Shown: positions 16,208-30,562 of the stretch, in pieces
Layout: every line of letters starts with the position of its first letter
Numbering within the stretch: the stretch's first letter is position 1
Assembly (NCBI GenBank): GCA_964016885.1
Contig: OZ024758.1
Span: forward strand, 17,174,001-17,238,000
DNA length: 64,000 nucleotides
Origin: Eledone cirrhosa
Lineage: Eukaryota
Direction of reading: 5' to 3'
Made by a program: the position numbers and the translations under genes
Notes under the pieces: model-generated
Database searches by the model: none
What the model was told of the DNA's origin: nothing
Seen by the model: the letters and a program-made list of their open reading frames with translations, nothing else

Positions 16208-16560
16208 GAAGGCACATGGCTTAGTGGTTAGAGCATTGTACTTGCAATCGAAAGCTTGTGAGTTGAATTCTCAGACCGGGTGATGGCAAAACACTTTATT
16301 GCACGTTGCTTCAGTTTACTCTGCTGTAGAAATGAGTTGCGGTACTGCCAAATCAATGGGTGGCAGTAGTTCCAGCTGCACGCATCGAAAGACGGGTGTA
16401 GTGGTTCTGAGAACAATGTGGCTTTGCAGATGATCAATGCAAATTGACAATGGAAAGGCGCCCCCGCACTCGAGTTAGAAGAGAACTATTGACCTTCAGG
16501 AGAAGCAGCGACCCTTGATTGTATTCAGCAACCGAAACAAATATGAAGTACACCAAATCC
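16208..16560 (+). mobile_element. SINE with S1 tRNA head but a different body
   Basis: The S1 head and central motif run to ~16338, then unrelated GC-richer sequence with hairpin TACTGCC...GGCAGTA follows. The 3' end is uncertain. Confidence 0.55.
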
Positions 16561-16879
16561 AATGCTCCTAGGGGCGGCCCTGGTTCTTCTTATTTTCAGA
16601 TTAGAGATTAGATTAGATTATATGTTCTGAGTTGCTGAATCCATCTTGTGTTTTATATGTGATGTTGTCAGGAAGAGAGTAAGCATATTGGACATTCACA
16701 GTAGTTGATACAATGTTCTAAGGCTTAAATACTATACTTAGTATAGTGTTTGGTGTTTATTTATAAGTTATCATACTTGCTTTCACTGAGATTCCAGTTT
16801 TGAAGTTTTTTAAAAATACTACCAATATTTTAACCCCACCTTTTCAAATAAATTATTATCATTTCCTTGAGATAAATAG

Positions 16880-17357
16880 TCATCATCATCATCATCATCA
16901 TCTTCGTTTAACGTCCATATTCCACGCTCGCATGGGTTTTGACGGGAGTTTTCCCACTTGAGGCAAGAGTGGTTGTCTTGCTCGCATAGGACTGTCTGGC
17001 GGGTTTTCTACGGCTGGATGCCCTTCCTAACACCAACCACATTTACAGTGTGGGACTGGGAGGTTTTTACCGTGTTACCTACACGGCCACATTACAGCGT
17101 GGACTGTGTGTTTTTTTGTCGTGACACCTACACGACCTCATTTGTTTCGGGCTGGATGTTGTGGTACCAACATAACTTTACATTGAAAGGGGCGGTGTGG
17201 ATGGGGTGGGGGTGGTGGGACGGGGTGTATTTTGTTAGAGGTGCCTACTGACTGTAGTAGGTTTCACTTTGCACTTAGGTAAGGTGGGTCTTCTCTATTA
17301 CTGTGTAGCGCCAAAGATCTTGGTCCAGTGACATTGTCTTGGAGAGGTGTAAGTGTC
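16880..17357 (-). mobile_element. RTE family A 3' end (mostly 3' UTR)
   Basis: Highly similar to 190-655; (CAT)n at 16880-16902. Confidence 0.9.
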
Positions 17358-17449
17358 CTATATCTTTAACCATTTCGATACCAAGTAGCCTTTAACTGTG
17401 TCTGGTTCTACAACACAAAACCTTGATTTTTGAAGGTTTGATAAATAGC

Positions 17450-17547
17450 AGTGATGATGATGTTCAAGGTGATGATGATGATAAGGATGATGGTGAGGGT
17501 GATGATGATGTTGTTGATGGTGATGGTGGTGGGGATGATGGTGATGA

Positions 17548-17581
<34 letters not shown>

Positions 17582-17648
17582 GTGGTGATGATGATGATGG
17601 TGGTGATGATAATGATGGATCATGATCCTGAAGTTGAGGATGATGATG

Positions 17649-17703
<55 letters not shown>

Positions 17704-17787
17704 CAACGATGATGATGATGATGATGTTCAGGATCTGGATTATTATGATGATGATGTTCATGATGATGATAGAGGATCATGATGATG

Positions 17788-17819
<32 letters not shown>

Positions 17820-17875
17820 GATGATGATGATGGTTGTCATATAAGTAACAACAATATCAGCAGCAGCAGTAGTAG
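17450..17875. repeat. (GAT)n-derived trinucleotide low-complexity tract
   Basis: Visible directly; poly-D/H/M pseudo-ORFs. Confidence 0.9.
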
Positions 17876-18355
17876 TAATAGCCATTACGACCATTATCAA
17901 CACGGCCACGACAGTGGATACACTCTAGAAATATATAATAAAACACATTGGTCTTAAAATGTCATCATACGAGCAGGAAGTTGTAGGTTGATACTATATT
18001 TGTTGATCCATGTTGCTTCTGTCAGTTAGTATGGCTTCAAGGAACGTCTCAAAAGACCCTTATTTAGTAGAGTTCAGACAATTTTATCTTCAACCGAAAA
18101 ACTCTTCAGATTCTTTTTGTCTATTGTGTACCTTTTTTTTTTTATAGTACACTGGATACTGAGTGTTAAGAATGTATAAAATCAGTTGTGAAAGACAGCA
18201 GCGGGGGCTGGTGGTGGTGTTATTGGTGGTATTTGTTGTTGTGGTGGTGGTGGTGGTGGTAGATTGTGTCAGTGGTGGTAGGCTTACTAGCGATGATAGT
18301 TGGTGGTACTGGTGGTGGTAGTTTGTGCCAGTGGTGGTGGTACTACTGGTGATGA

Positions 18356-18399
<44 letters not shown>

Positions 18400-20269
18400 A
18401 TGGTGATGTCGAAGGTGGATTAAAAACATTTTATATATTCACACTAGACAATATATTTAGGACAAGAACTGTTTTGATTACAGACATTATATTATAAACT
18501 AACTATAAAAACCATCGAGATTTCAAGTGCAACATTACAGACAGGGTGAATATATCTAGGAGTGCAATATCCTTAAGTATTGTTCAACCCCTTGCAGAAA
18601 GCAGTTCACCAAATTAGATTATTTAAGCAAAGTCATAAAACAATTTAATTGTATAAAATTCTGCTTATCGGGACTATACTTGTCGTCTCTGATGCGGTGG
18701 ACATTAGCTAATGGCAATAGCTAGACAATAATAAACTATGTGTTTTATGGCCAATATATTGCTGTCATTTTTCCTTATGGTTATAGTTCTGCTGCTTACC
18801 GATTAAATAATGCTACAGTAAACATCAGGTGCATATGAAATGAAAAATACTGTTATATTAAAGCTTAATTCTTACACATTACTCTCTACTCTATGCTTCC
18901 ACTGGTTCAAAATAGGCAAGCTAGCTAATTTAACATTATATTGTAGCTGTGAATTATATATTGGCAGTATTGGTAGAGCATCAGACACCATGTTTTGTAG
19001 CATAGAGTTATGGCCCTTTGTGTTCTAAGTTCAAATCCCATCGAGGTTAGCTTTGCCTTTCATCCTTAAGCATGGCAGAATTTGAACACAAATAATAATA
19101 CTCGATTCGTTTGCAAGCAAACAGCCTTATTACACTAAATTTTTCAGATGACCATACTGCGAAGCATAAAGTTACAGCCCTTTGCATTCTGAGTTCAAAT
19201 CCCACCGAGATTAGCTCAGCCTTTCATCCTTATGAGGGTGATAAAAAAAGTAACAGTCTAGTACTGGGATCAATTCTTCCTTTATAACTCTTTCTCATTT
19301 CCTCTCTCTCACTTTCTATCTTTCTCTGGAAGAAATCTGCTGTATTGAGGCCAGGAGGGGGATGGGCTCTGCCAGGCTTAAAATGTGCAAGAGATGCCAT
19401 ATTTCAATATGGCACCCCTACGATTCTATGGGGGATTCCGGGACCATATAAAAAAAAAAGACATCAGGTATGGCTGTACAGTGAGCTGGCAGTTGTTAAA
19501 GCAATGGATTAAATATTTCAGTAAAATATAGCACCAGTAATGCACTGGGGTCAATTTAATCGACTTTTCCCTCCTCCAAAATTGCTGGCATTTCATCCTT
19601 ACAGTTTCGATAAAATAAAGTACCAGTAATGTACTGGGTTAGAATTAATTGACTTTCACTGCCCCACAAATTGCTGTCCGTTCATCCTTACAGGGTCGAT
19701 AAAATAAAGCACCACTGGGGTTGATTTAATCAACTTTCTCCTCCACTTCAAATTGCTTTCCTTGTGCCTAATGCAGAAACAATTATTATATTATAAATGT
19801 ATTTTAAATACAATTAAGCCAAGCAAATATTAAAGAGATTCTGTAGAAACATTATCCAAGATATGTATATTCCCTATAAGAAATGGCTAATTTTCCTCCA
19901 TATTACATCAGATAATTAATTAGAGTACCATTTGTCACAAAATTAGACCAGTCCTGAATTAATTTTCCAAATTGATAGAGAGAAAATTAATGTTCATTAT
20001 CCTTCATTTTCAAGTTGTCAGCCCAGTTATCAGTGAAGATAATTATTTCTTTTGACTAGGTAAAACATACTTTAATGTTTCAATGAACCTCCTCCTTTCT
20101 CAGGATATTCATAAAGATGACAACGTTAAAATTAAAGCTAAAGCAAAGAAGTAGAATTGATTTTCAAATGCAAATCATCAATTCAAATGAATGAAGGCAC
20201 TGTAAGTATAATTCTGCAGATACATTTAGTAGTAGTAGTGGTGGTGGTGGTAGTACTAATAGTAGTAGT

Positions 20270-20456
20270 AATAATTGTTTCTACGTTAGGCACAAGGCCA
20301 GCAATTACCCAGTGCATTACTGGTACTTTATTTTATCGACCCCGTAAGGATGAAAGGCAAAGTCAACCTCGGCGGGATTTGAACTCAGATCGTAAAGGGA
20401 CGTAACTATGCTGGAAAGCATGGCGTCCGACCCTCTACCGATACTGCCAATCCAAT
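20270..20456 (-). mobile_element. tRNA-derived SINE S2, full length
   Basis: Reverse complement of the S2 consensus. Other copies lie at ~24541-24850, 25147-25328, 27770-27945, 31089-31272, 40060-40255, 45096-45452, 46577-46960, 51243-51428 and 55918-56096. Confidence 0.9.
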
Positions 20457-20546
20457 GTTACTAGTATTAGTATTAGTAGTATTAGTGTTAGTAGAAGTAG
20501 TGTTAGTAATAGTAGTAGTGTTAGTAGAGTAGTAGTAGTGTTAGTA

Positions 20547-20578
<32 letters not shown>

Positions 20579-21469
20579 TTAGTAGTAATGTTAATAGTAG
20601 TAGTAGTAGTAGTAGTACTAGTAGTAGTATCACCAATCATCATCCTCATCATCTAATATTAAGCATTTTGATAGCAAACCACCTGAAAAACGCCTCTAAA
20701 ACTATGATACAAAACTCTGTGTTTTAAAATGTTTATATTTATTTTGATAGTTAAAGAGTTGGATTCACAATCATGAGGTTGTAAGTTCGAATCCCAGACT
20801 GTGAGATGGGTTACATCCTCGAGAAAGACACTTTATTTCACATTAATACAAATATAGTTTCTTGAAGTCCTTTTGCCACACATCTGTGACATCATCAGTG
20901 ATGTTTCTATGTTTCCTCCCATTGTGTTCCTCTAATGTTTTCTTATTCTATTATATTTATTTACCTAATGGTAACAAAGAGTTAATCAAATATAAGAGAA
21001 GGTTGTTTGCCTTATATGCTTAATTTACTGCAAGATATGATTCATGTGCCAGTTATTTTCTCTTTTCTAATTTATTTAGCTTTGACATTTAACACAAGGG
21101 ACTATTTTCCATATCTTTCTTATTTCTTATTCCATATTTTTCTCTTCTCCAATGCTAACAATTATATCTGACAGTTCTGTTATTCCCTATGAGTGATCTC
21201 TGCCTTCCTCCCCAATCTCTCTCATATCCACACATATGCACTTCACTATCACAGTTAAAACAATTTTAACTTTGGTATTTCTTGTCTGAGGCTATAGAAT
21301 GCAATGTTCGATATTTTTGAAAATCTAGTTATATTAGTGATACTATTTAGTAAACTGGTCAAGTAGTAACATTAGATTAGATTAAATTACCTGACAAGTT
21401 GCAGCAAATTAGATTACCTGATTCTGAAAAAAAAAAAATAATAATAAAAAAAAATAATAATAAAAAAAA

Positions 21470-21945
21470 AGGTGCAGAGCACTAGAAGTTGATGGAAACC
21501 GCGGAGTGGGGAGACCCAAGATGACTTGGGATGAGGTGATAAAAGCCGACCTTACCCAACTACACCTCTCAAAGTCAATGACACACGACCGTGACTTCTG
21601 GCGTCACGCAGTAATACAGGGTACCCGACCTCCCATGGGTACATGCTGAAGCATATAAACAATATGCCCCCCGCCCCCCCGCCCATCGCAAGGTGGTCGT
21701 GGAGGTGCCACGGCAAAAAAGCACCCAGCCCACACTGTAAAGTGGACGTGTAGGCGCCACGAAAAAGCACCCAGCACTCACTGTAAATGAGGTTGGTGTT
21801 AGGAAGGGCATCCAGCTGTAGAAATCAAGCCAGATCAGTTCCTGTATGAGCAAGGCATGGTCAGCCGACCAGACACTGCCCACAACAGGACAACCCGTCT
21901 AACCCATGCTAGCGTGGAAGAACGGACGTAAAACGGTGATGATGA
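21470..21945 (+). mobile_element. RTE family B 3' fragment
   Basis: Near-identical to the reverse complement of ~53100-53565. Confidence 0.92.
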
Positions 21946-23375
21946 ATCTATTGGAGCTTTCTTTTCTCAGAAACAAATCCCTCATAATCATAAACTGAAA
22001 GTGGGGTTCATAATATCCCAAGACTCAACCTGAATGAACCAAAACTCTGTAGTTACAAAGTGAACTTATGAATCACAAATAAAATAAAAGGAATGGAGAG
22101 GGACTGATCATCAAATTGGAGCAAAGGGATTTATGTTTCTATTGATATTTGCATTGCCAACACCTGGCATAATTATTACCATTTTTTCTGTGACAGGGGG
22201 CAGGATTTGAACTCAGAAGATACAGAGCTGGAATAAATACTTCAAAACATTTTTAATAATTCTAGCAATCTACAACTCCTGGACTGGTACTTTATTTATC
22301 GACCTTAAAAGGATGAAAAGCAAAGATAACCTCAGGAGGATTTGAACTCAGTGTGCAAAGTATCTTCTCTGATTCTTTAATAATTCTAGCAAATTACAAC
22401 TCCTGGACTGATACTTTATTTATCGACTTTAAAAGGATGAAAGACAAAGATAACCTTAGCAGGATTTGAACTGTGAACACAGAAAGCTGGAACAAATACT
22501 GAAATATTTAATCCATTGCTTTAACAACTGCCAGTTCACTGTAGAGCCATACCTGATATCTTTTTTTTTATTTCGTCCGGTAACTCCCAATATAGTCTGA
22601 GAGGCGCTGTATTGAAATACAGCGTTTCTTGGGCATTTTAAGCATGGCGGAGCCCATCCCTCTCCAGGTCTGAGTACAGCGGATCTCTTCCAGAGAAAGA
22701 TAGAAACTGAGAAAGAGGAAATGAGAAAGAGAGATAGAGGAAGAATCGACCCCAGTACTAGACTGGTACTTTTTTTATCGACTTCGAAAGGATGAAAGGT
22801 AAAGTTGACTTCAACAGGATTTGAACTCAGAGAGTGGAGAGCCGGAACAAATACAAGGAAGCATTTTATTCTGATAGCTAGCTAAGGAAAATAAACAAAA
22901 AAATGAAATGAAAATTATCATTTACCCGATTGCTGTTGAATCACATTACTATTCTTTACATGAACATTCCTTTTTACCAGAGTTACATTGTTTCCTTATA
23001 TTGTTTTGTACATACATTAATTCAACACTGAATTAAGCAACACAGATTTAATGGTTCATTCCATTCTAATACAAAAGAGCTATCTGAAGACGAGGGGAAA
23101 TAATAAAAGAAGAACAACTCCAGTAGAACAATAAGCATACATTGTTTATGTGAATAGAAGAAAGAAAATGCTATATGACTATAACAACACATAGAGGAAA
23201 ACACAATTGCATCTCATCTAGCAAATACATAACTAAATATACAGTAAGAAAACAGATGTAAAGTAAACATAATTTCTAAGGTAAAAAAAATAATATATAA
23301 ATATGGAAGATTCACAATAAAATATAGGTCAAAGGTGATGACTTATAGAAGTAAAACAAGGTTTGTATTAATTAA

Positions 23376-23596
23376 CCCATTAGCGTTTAAACTGGCCATA
23401 TCTGGCCAGAACTCTCTCACCTCCTTCTGTTCAAATCAGCTGTAACTGACCACTCATACCTAGGTTAAGGTATTGTTCTTAAAATAAATAACATTAAAAT
23501 CTCATAAATTTAATATTATGTGAGATAATTATCTAAGGTAAAGCCTTTACTGTGAAAATACAATAGTAAATATAGAATAATGTAAATGCTAAAGGG
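23376..23596. mobile_element. piggyBac-type MITE
   Basis: TTAA-flanked, CCC...GGG termini. Further copies lie at ~27153-27357, 38871-39082, 47156-47376, 47480-47670, 48616-48823 and 62471-62822. Confidence 0.9.
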
Positions 23597-24140
23597 TTAA
23601 TAGAATATATTGTAAACTAAAACAAGGTTTATATAAAATTTATATGAGGTTATGACTTTTAGTCTATACTGTAAATTAACACAAGGATTATATCAAACTT
23701 ATATGAGGTTATGACTCATAGAATATAATTTAAACACAAGGTTTATATTAAATCTGTATGAAGTTCATATCAACTTGGTGAGTTTAATGTGAAGTTATTT
23801 ATATCCCTGCAATGGACTGGCGTCCTGGGAGTCTTGTACTCTCAGTCACTTTACGTTGGGTTAAGTGCCGGTCTGATGAGCCTCCGAGCTTGAGACAGTC
23901 ATCATCATCATCATCGTTTAACGTCTATCTTCCACGCTAGCATGGGTTAGACAGTATTTAACTAACTTTTGTTTTTGTCATTGCATTGAGTTTTGCCCAT
24001 GATCTGCATTCAGATCATTTTAAGATCTGATCCGTCAATCAACCTTTGGTACATCCTTGGTTTTTCTTTCCAAATATCATACCCTTCTCCATACAGATTT
24101 TAGTCGGACCATAATTGGAGCATTTGATGTATCCAAACAG

Positions 24141-24184
<44 letters not shown>

Positions 24185-25064
24185 GGTTCTGATTTTAAAA
24201 CCTGGTTGTTTTGTAATTTTTCATAAATATAATATATTTTAACTGTGTCAATTGAGTGTTTTCAAATACTTTCATTTTTTAAAATACTTTTATTTTAAAA
24301 ATTGTTTTGTAGGCCAGGTGACACAAGGACGATGTAATTGTTATATATATTAACTTTGATCTTAATTGGCATTTCAATTGGATTTCAAAAGGTGAATCTT
24401 TTTTTAGAGAAAGATGATTGTGTTATGATTCGTTTGCTTTATTTACCCTCCAGGATTATGAATCTAAAAAAAAAATCAGGTGTGAGATTACCTCAGCAAT
24501 AACAACAACAATAGAAACAAAAACAATAACAATAATAATAATAATTGTTTCTACTTTTTGCACAAGGCCAGTAATTCTCCCAGTGCATTACTGGTACTTT
24601 ATTTTATCTATCCTGTAAGGATGAAAGGCAAAGTTAACCTTGGCGGGATTTGAACTCAGCACGTAAAGGGCCATTGAATGACTGACGCTCTTCCAATACT
24701 GCCAATCCACCGCCTTAGTCATATAAATAATTGTTTCTATTTTTGGCACAAGGCCAGCAAATTACTCCAGTGCATTACTGGTACTTTATTTTATCGACCC
24801 CATAAGGATGAGAGGTAAAGCTGACCTCGACAGAATTTGAACTCAGACCATAACATAATAATAATAAGGATGATGATGATAATGATGATGGTGGTGATGA
24901 TTATAGTGGTGGTGATGGTTAGGGGTAGTGGTGATAATGATGATGGTGATGATGATGATGGTAGTGGTGATGGTTAGTGGTAGTGGTGATAATGATGATA
25001 ATGATGATGATGATGATTATGGTGGTGATTGAGATGATGGTAGCAGTGATGGTTAGCGATGATA

Positions 25065-25097
<33 letters not shown>

Positions 25098-27583
25098 ATG
25101 GTGGTGATTGGGATGATGGTAGTGGTGCTGGTTAGTGGTAGTGGTAATAATTGTTTCTACTTTTTGGCACAAGGCCAGTAATTACCCATTGTATTACTGG
25201 TACTTTATTTTATCGACCCCGTAAAGATGAAAGGCAAAGTTAACCTCGGCGGGATTTGAACTCAGAATGGCAAGGGCCATAACTCTATGCGTCAAAGTAT
25301 GGCGTCTGACCCTCTACCGACACTGCCATGATAATAATGATGATGGTGATTATGGTGGTGATTGGGATGATGGTAGTGGTTAATGGTAGTGGTGATGGTG
25401 ATGATGATGATGATGATGATGATAGCAATAACAACAGCATACTAATAATAGATTTAAAAAAAAACAAAAACAAAAAACAAAATAACAAAACAAAATAAAA
25501 ACCCAAAAATACCCCACTAACGTATTTCTCTGTTCCGGAATTAATTCATTAAAATTTAGACATCTGATCTTTAAATTACTAATTTTTATGAAGGTCAAAA
25601 TGCAATGTTTTTGTCTTTGAAAGGTCATCACTCATATATTTTCTGAACAAATGTCTAAGATGGAAATATTTGAACTTTCAAGAGTAATTATAAATTTTCT
25701 TTCTCTCTTTTACTTCTTCAGCTCTCGATTAATGTATTTCCTTTTGGTTGGATTATAAAACAAGCAAATATGACTGATTTCTTTTCAGTTTTTAATAAAT
25801 TTTCTCTACTAGTATCTACTATCAAATGAATATTAACATATTAAAATACCTCTTACAAATTACTATATTTGTTTAGAAGATTCCTATTTGTAGAGAGATC
25901 ATTCAAACTATTCTTCTTCAGCTCAAAAGCAGTGGCTAGAAATATAGCATAATATATCAAAGGGCATTTTAGTTCTGCTTCACATATGAATAACAAGCAA
26001 ATGAACAAATTTAATCTCTATGTGGTTAATCAAAAGTAAAGAGCTTTTCCTTTCCACTTTATATTGAAGTGGAGTTGTTTTAGTCTATAATTGACACTTG
26101 CATTGGCAATCTTGCTCTCTTCTGAAAAGGCAAATGACACAATTATTACTAACATCAACAACTCTGTTTGGCATCAATCTAGAGTATCCTGATAATAATC
26201 AAGTAATATTACCATTTTGAAAAGAAAGAGTTGGTATTCGCTATTCACTATGTTAGTGAGTGAAAAGACAAAAAAAAATAAAAATAAAAATAATATAATC
26301 AGCCAAACAAACAAATTCTTGGAACAAGCAGAATGATTGCCTACAAATATTTTAAATTAACATAAACTAATGTATAGAAGAGAATTCACTTATGAAACAA
26401 AATACATCTGACATATGTTGGGAACTATTTACTACATAAGATTCTACAGAAAAAGCAACATTGTTCTTACTTTCTTAACATAATCTAATGCTACGTATAA
26501 GAGATATTAAAAACCATATGACTATTATCCGTACACATGAAAATTATTGATTTTCCTTAAAGGTAAAATATATTTTCTCTATAAGATATGGAGTGCAGCC
26601 AATTCTATTAACCTCAGTAGACAACTGGGATTTTACTGCTTTGACATACATATCCTTGCAAAATCCAAGAGCTACAGATATTGGCTGATTGCTAAGGCTC
26701 ACCTTTGTGAAGGTGTGCAGCTCAGTGGTTAGAGAGATGGATTCACAATCCTGCAGTTGCAAGTTCAATTCTTGGTGATGTGTTATGTCCTTGAGCAAGA
26801 CACTTTATTTCACATTGCTCCTTCTACCTGGAGTTGTGACCCATAGATAGTATCAGCAATGGAAAGACCAGTGGAAACATACTTTCCTTGGTCTGATTTG
26901 TTGAGGTCCATCCCACTTGGGAAGCGATTGAAGTCTGGGATCTTGTTGATCAATCAGAGAGAGAGGGCTCACCTACAAATACAACTACTAGAAGTAATGG
27001 TTTCTGATGTAGGCATAAGGTCAGCAATTTTTGGGAAAGAGGAAAGTCGATTAAATCAACCCAGTGCATTATGGTATTTTATTTTATTGACCCTGTAAAG
27101 AAGAAAGGCAAAGCTAAGCTCAGGGGATTTGAAATGTTTCTAAGTGCTTTTCAACCCTTTACCATTTCCATTGCTCTATATTTATTATTGTATTTTCACA
27201 GTAAAAGCTTTACCTCACATAATATCGAATCTACAAGATTTTGATGTAATTTATTTTGAAAACAATACCTTAACATAGGTATAAGCAGCTAGTCACAGCT
27301 GGTTTGAACAGAAAGAGGTGAAAGAGTTCTGGCCAGATACAGCCGGTTTAAATGCTGAGAAGAAGAAGAAGAAGAGATACATATATAGACAGTATATAAT
27401 TCTAGGACTAAAATATTTACTTTATTCAACTATACTAGTAATATAAATTGTATGTATGTGAGAGAGAGAGAGAGAGAGAAGAGAAAGGGGGAGGAGGAAG
27501 GGGTTTAAATTAACCAATGAAGAATGTTGTGGGATTTACTACTAATTTCAAAGCAAATAGACTGGAATGTTTTTCTTTGAGGG

Positions 27584-27635
27584 TTTCCTATATTCTGATG
27601 AAGGGAATTTTATGTCCCAAAATATTAGGATGGAA
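27584..27635 (+). ncRNA. Decayed minimal hammerhead (Penelope-type)
   Basis: CTGATGA-A-GGGA attttatg TCCC-AAAA-TATT. GAAA has become AAAA (consistent with CpG decay) and stem I is imperfect. Confidence 0.35.
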
Positions 27636-28324
27636 AAAAAACCAAACAAAGATTTCCATGTAACTAACTCTTTCGTCACCTTCATCTTACCATCCAGTTT
27701 GCATTGTTTTAGTCATCTTACATATATCACTTTACACGTTATATATAATCATTAATTATTTCATTATGAATTGGCAGTATCGGTAGAGGGTTGGACACCA
27801 TACTTTCCAGCATAGTTACGTCCCTTTACGGTCTGAGTTCAAATCCTGTCGAGGTTAACTTTGCCTTTCATCCTTACAGGGTCGATAAAGTACCAGTAAT
27901 GTACTGGGTAATTGCTGGCCTTGTGCCAAAATTAGAAACAATTAATTATTTCATTACTAAGATACTAAGATAGTAACTTAATGTAAAGTTCTTATATTAA
28001 ATTATGTTGGAAGAATTCAATTTAAATCATAAACATTTAAAATGGGTGCCCTTATTTCTTAAAAATAGAGTCAGTTTTGGCCGGGTTAGTAACAAAAGGG
28101 TTAAATGTGGATGTTGAAGTTGATGAACATTGATAAAATATTAACCTTAAATATAAGTACATCTTCCCCTCCAACCATTTTAATACATATTTTTGTTACA
28201 CTTTACTCAGCTTAAATATGGGTACATATGGTATAAGTGTAGAGATCAAAACTTAGAAATTTCCAGAAATCTTATTATGTGTTGCATAAAATAAAGTGGA
28301 GGATATTTATTGTATAAATTGTCT

Positions 28325-28655
28325 CTCTGGCCAAGCGATAGGTACTACAGACGGTGGAGATCCTGGCCTTGGGTTCAATCCCAGCCAAGACGTACATGTA
28401 GCCTTTTCCACTGCAAAGTGGTTGTGGAGGTGCCATGGCAAAAAAGCACCCAGCCCACAGTGTAAAGTGGATGTGTAGGCTCCACGGAAAAAAAAGCATC
28501 CAGCACTCACTGTAAATGAGGTTGGTGTTAGGAAGGGCATCCAGCTGTAGAAATCAAGCCAGGGTCAGCCGACCGGGCACTTCCCACAACAGGACAACCT
28601 GTCTAACCCATGCTAGCGTGGAAGAACGGACGTAAAATGGTGATAATGATGATGA
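28325..28655 (+). mobile_element. SINE-like element with divergent tRNA-like head and RTE family B tail
   Basis: TGGCCAAGCGATAGG...GGTTCAATCCC head, the shared hairpin modules, and tail CCCATGCTAGCGTGGAAGAACGGACGTAAAATGGTGAT. Confidence 0.7.
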
Positions 28656-28990
28656 AAGCAGTTATGATTACCCTGTAATAAACAGGAGAAACTCCAGAGT
28701 AATGAGACTCACTATAAAAAGAAAACAATTTCAACATATCAGGCCTTACTCCTTTGTCATGAGAGTAGGTGTAGATAGATTAGTAAACAGTATAAAAGAG
28801 AAAGATGGACGTGCGAGTCTGTGTGTTTTTATTAATTTTTTGTGTGTATCACGACATTGTTTGTGATTGAGTCTAAGTATGTGGCACTGTATTGATATTG
28901 TGTACGAGTGTGGTATGTTTTTGTGTGTGTATATATATGTGTGTGTATGCATATATATATATATATGTATGCATGTATCTATGTATATAT

Positions 28991-29360
28991 ATATTATTCA
29001 AAATATTAATAAATGAAAAATATTCTCATAATCAAAATATATATTTTATTATACATATTTCAAAGATACAATGGTGTTTAAGAATGTTTTCATCAGATAA
29101 AATATATAAGAGATTGGATATGCGACATTATTCAATTCCAATAGTGCCACTATTGGAATTGAATAATCAAAACGTACTTAAACACCATTATACCTTTGAA
29201 ATACGTATAATAAAATATATATTTTAATTATGAGAATATTTTTCATTTATTAATATTTTGAATAATATTAAAAACTCCAGAAAAATTCCATGTTGAGTGC
29301 TTCTAATCTATTGTAAGATTGTATTCATTGAGTAATCAACGAACCATATAAACTTTGGCT
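28991..29360. mobile_element. Penelope-like inverted-arm element (family H4) with hammerhead remnant and ~90-nt tail
   Basis: ~95-bp inverted arms (~28991-29088 and ~29168-29268), internal hairpin ATTATTCAATTCCAATAG...CTATTGGAATTGAATAAT followed by C-AAAACGTA, and a tail ending at (TA)n. Confidence 0.55.
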
Positions 29361-29517
29361 ATATATATATATTTTTTAATATATATATATTATTATTCTT
29401 TGCTTAAACTTTAATCTGTTATTTTAATAAATATTCGCTCTATGGTTCTTATATATTTGATACATATTTATTCTTATCGAGCCCTCTTTGGATTTTAGTC
29501 TTCAAATTTATTATTAT

Positions 29518-29552
<35 letters not shown>

Positions 29553-29557
29553 GCATG

Positions 29558-29590
<33 letters not shown>

Positions 29591-29700
29591 CTATATTATG
29601 CATGTATATGTCCCACCCTTGCAAGCAGGGAAAAGCAGAGGTAAAATGATGATGACGATGATATATATATATATATATTATGCATGTATATATATATATA

Positions 29701-29909
29701 GGAACAAGTATGACCCCGACGGCAGATCGCAAGCCATTTCAACGGCTAATTCTGGACTAGAATTAGCCGTCAAAAATTCAGTCCAGAATTAGCCGTCGAA
29801 ACGGCTTGAGCTCTGCCGTCCGGGTCATACTTGTTCCTATTACCCACTCTAGTACCCTAAGTATTGAGTACTTTGGTGGGTTATGGTCCTTACCACATTT
29901 CCTTCGTTA
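29701..29909. mobile_element. Penelope-like inverted-arm element (family H2) carrying the 3' half of a hammerhead
   Basis: Arms ~29701-29757 and ~29786-29837; GAAAC-GGC ttgagctct GCC-GTC (29798-29820) forms stem III with a palindromic GAGCTC loop and GUC site; ~70-nt tail; (TA)n on both sides. Confidence 0.7.
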
Positions 29910-30008
29910 TATATATATATATGTATGTAAAAGGTAAACAGATATAACAACACAATCGGTACATGGAAGGGATATATTAGTTTAACACTTGAAATAGCAG
30001 GAAGAGGG

Positions 30009-30044
30009 TCTTAATGATTCGGACGCTAGTCCAACATCAGAAGA
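30009..30044 (-). ncRNA. Mutated minimal hammerhead (Penelope-type)
   Basis: Minus strand: TCTT-CTGATGT-T-GGAC tagc GTCC-GAAT-CA-TT-AAGA. Stems I and II are intact, with two core substitutions relative to CTGATGA/GAAA. Confidence 0.5.
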
Positions 30045-30267
30045 AAGAATGAGAAATAAGATAGATTGAGGGGACGGGCAGGTTGGAATTAGAAAAAATG
30101 TCTTTAGATAAAAATAACAGGTCCATTCATGTTGACATCTCTTGCAAAACCTCTCAAAATTCGTTAGATGTTCTAATTGAATTTTCACACCGAAATTGGA
30201 TACTAACCTAGAGTACACCTGAACTTCCACCAGGAAATCTTTTCTATTGTTGACATTTTCTTTGCTT

Positions 30268-30323
<56 letters not shown>

Positions 30324-30508
30324 ACACACACATATATATATCTATAAACATATATATATGAAACATATATATATATCAACACACACACATATATATATAT
30401 AAAAACATATATATATATATATCAACACACACATATATATATAAAAACATATATATATATATATATATCAACACACACATATATATATAAAAATATATAT
30501 ATAAATCA

Positions 30509-30541
<33 letters not shown>

Positions 30542-30562
30542 AACATATATATATATATATAT

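Noticed and set aside
20845-20905. Minus-strand CTGATGA + TGTCACA/TGTGGCA hairpin
   Set aside because: GAAA is mutated and stems I and III cannot be formed convincingly; at best a very decayed motif.
23872-23900. CTGATGAG as hammerhead core
   Set aside because: No GAAA, stem III or stem I partner; looks like part of an old SINE body.
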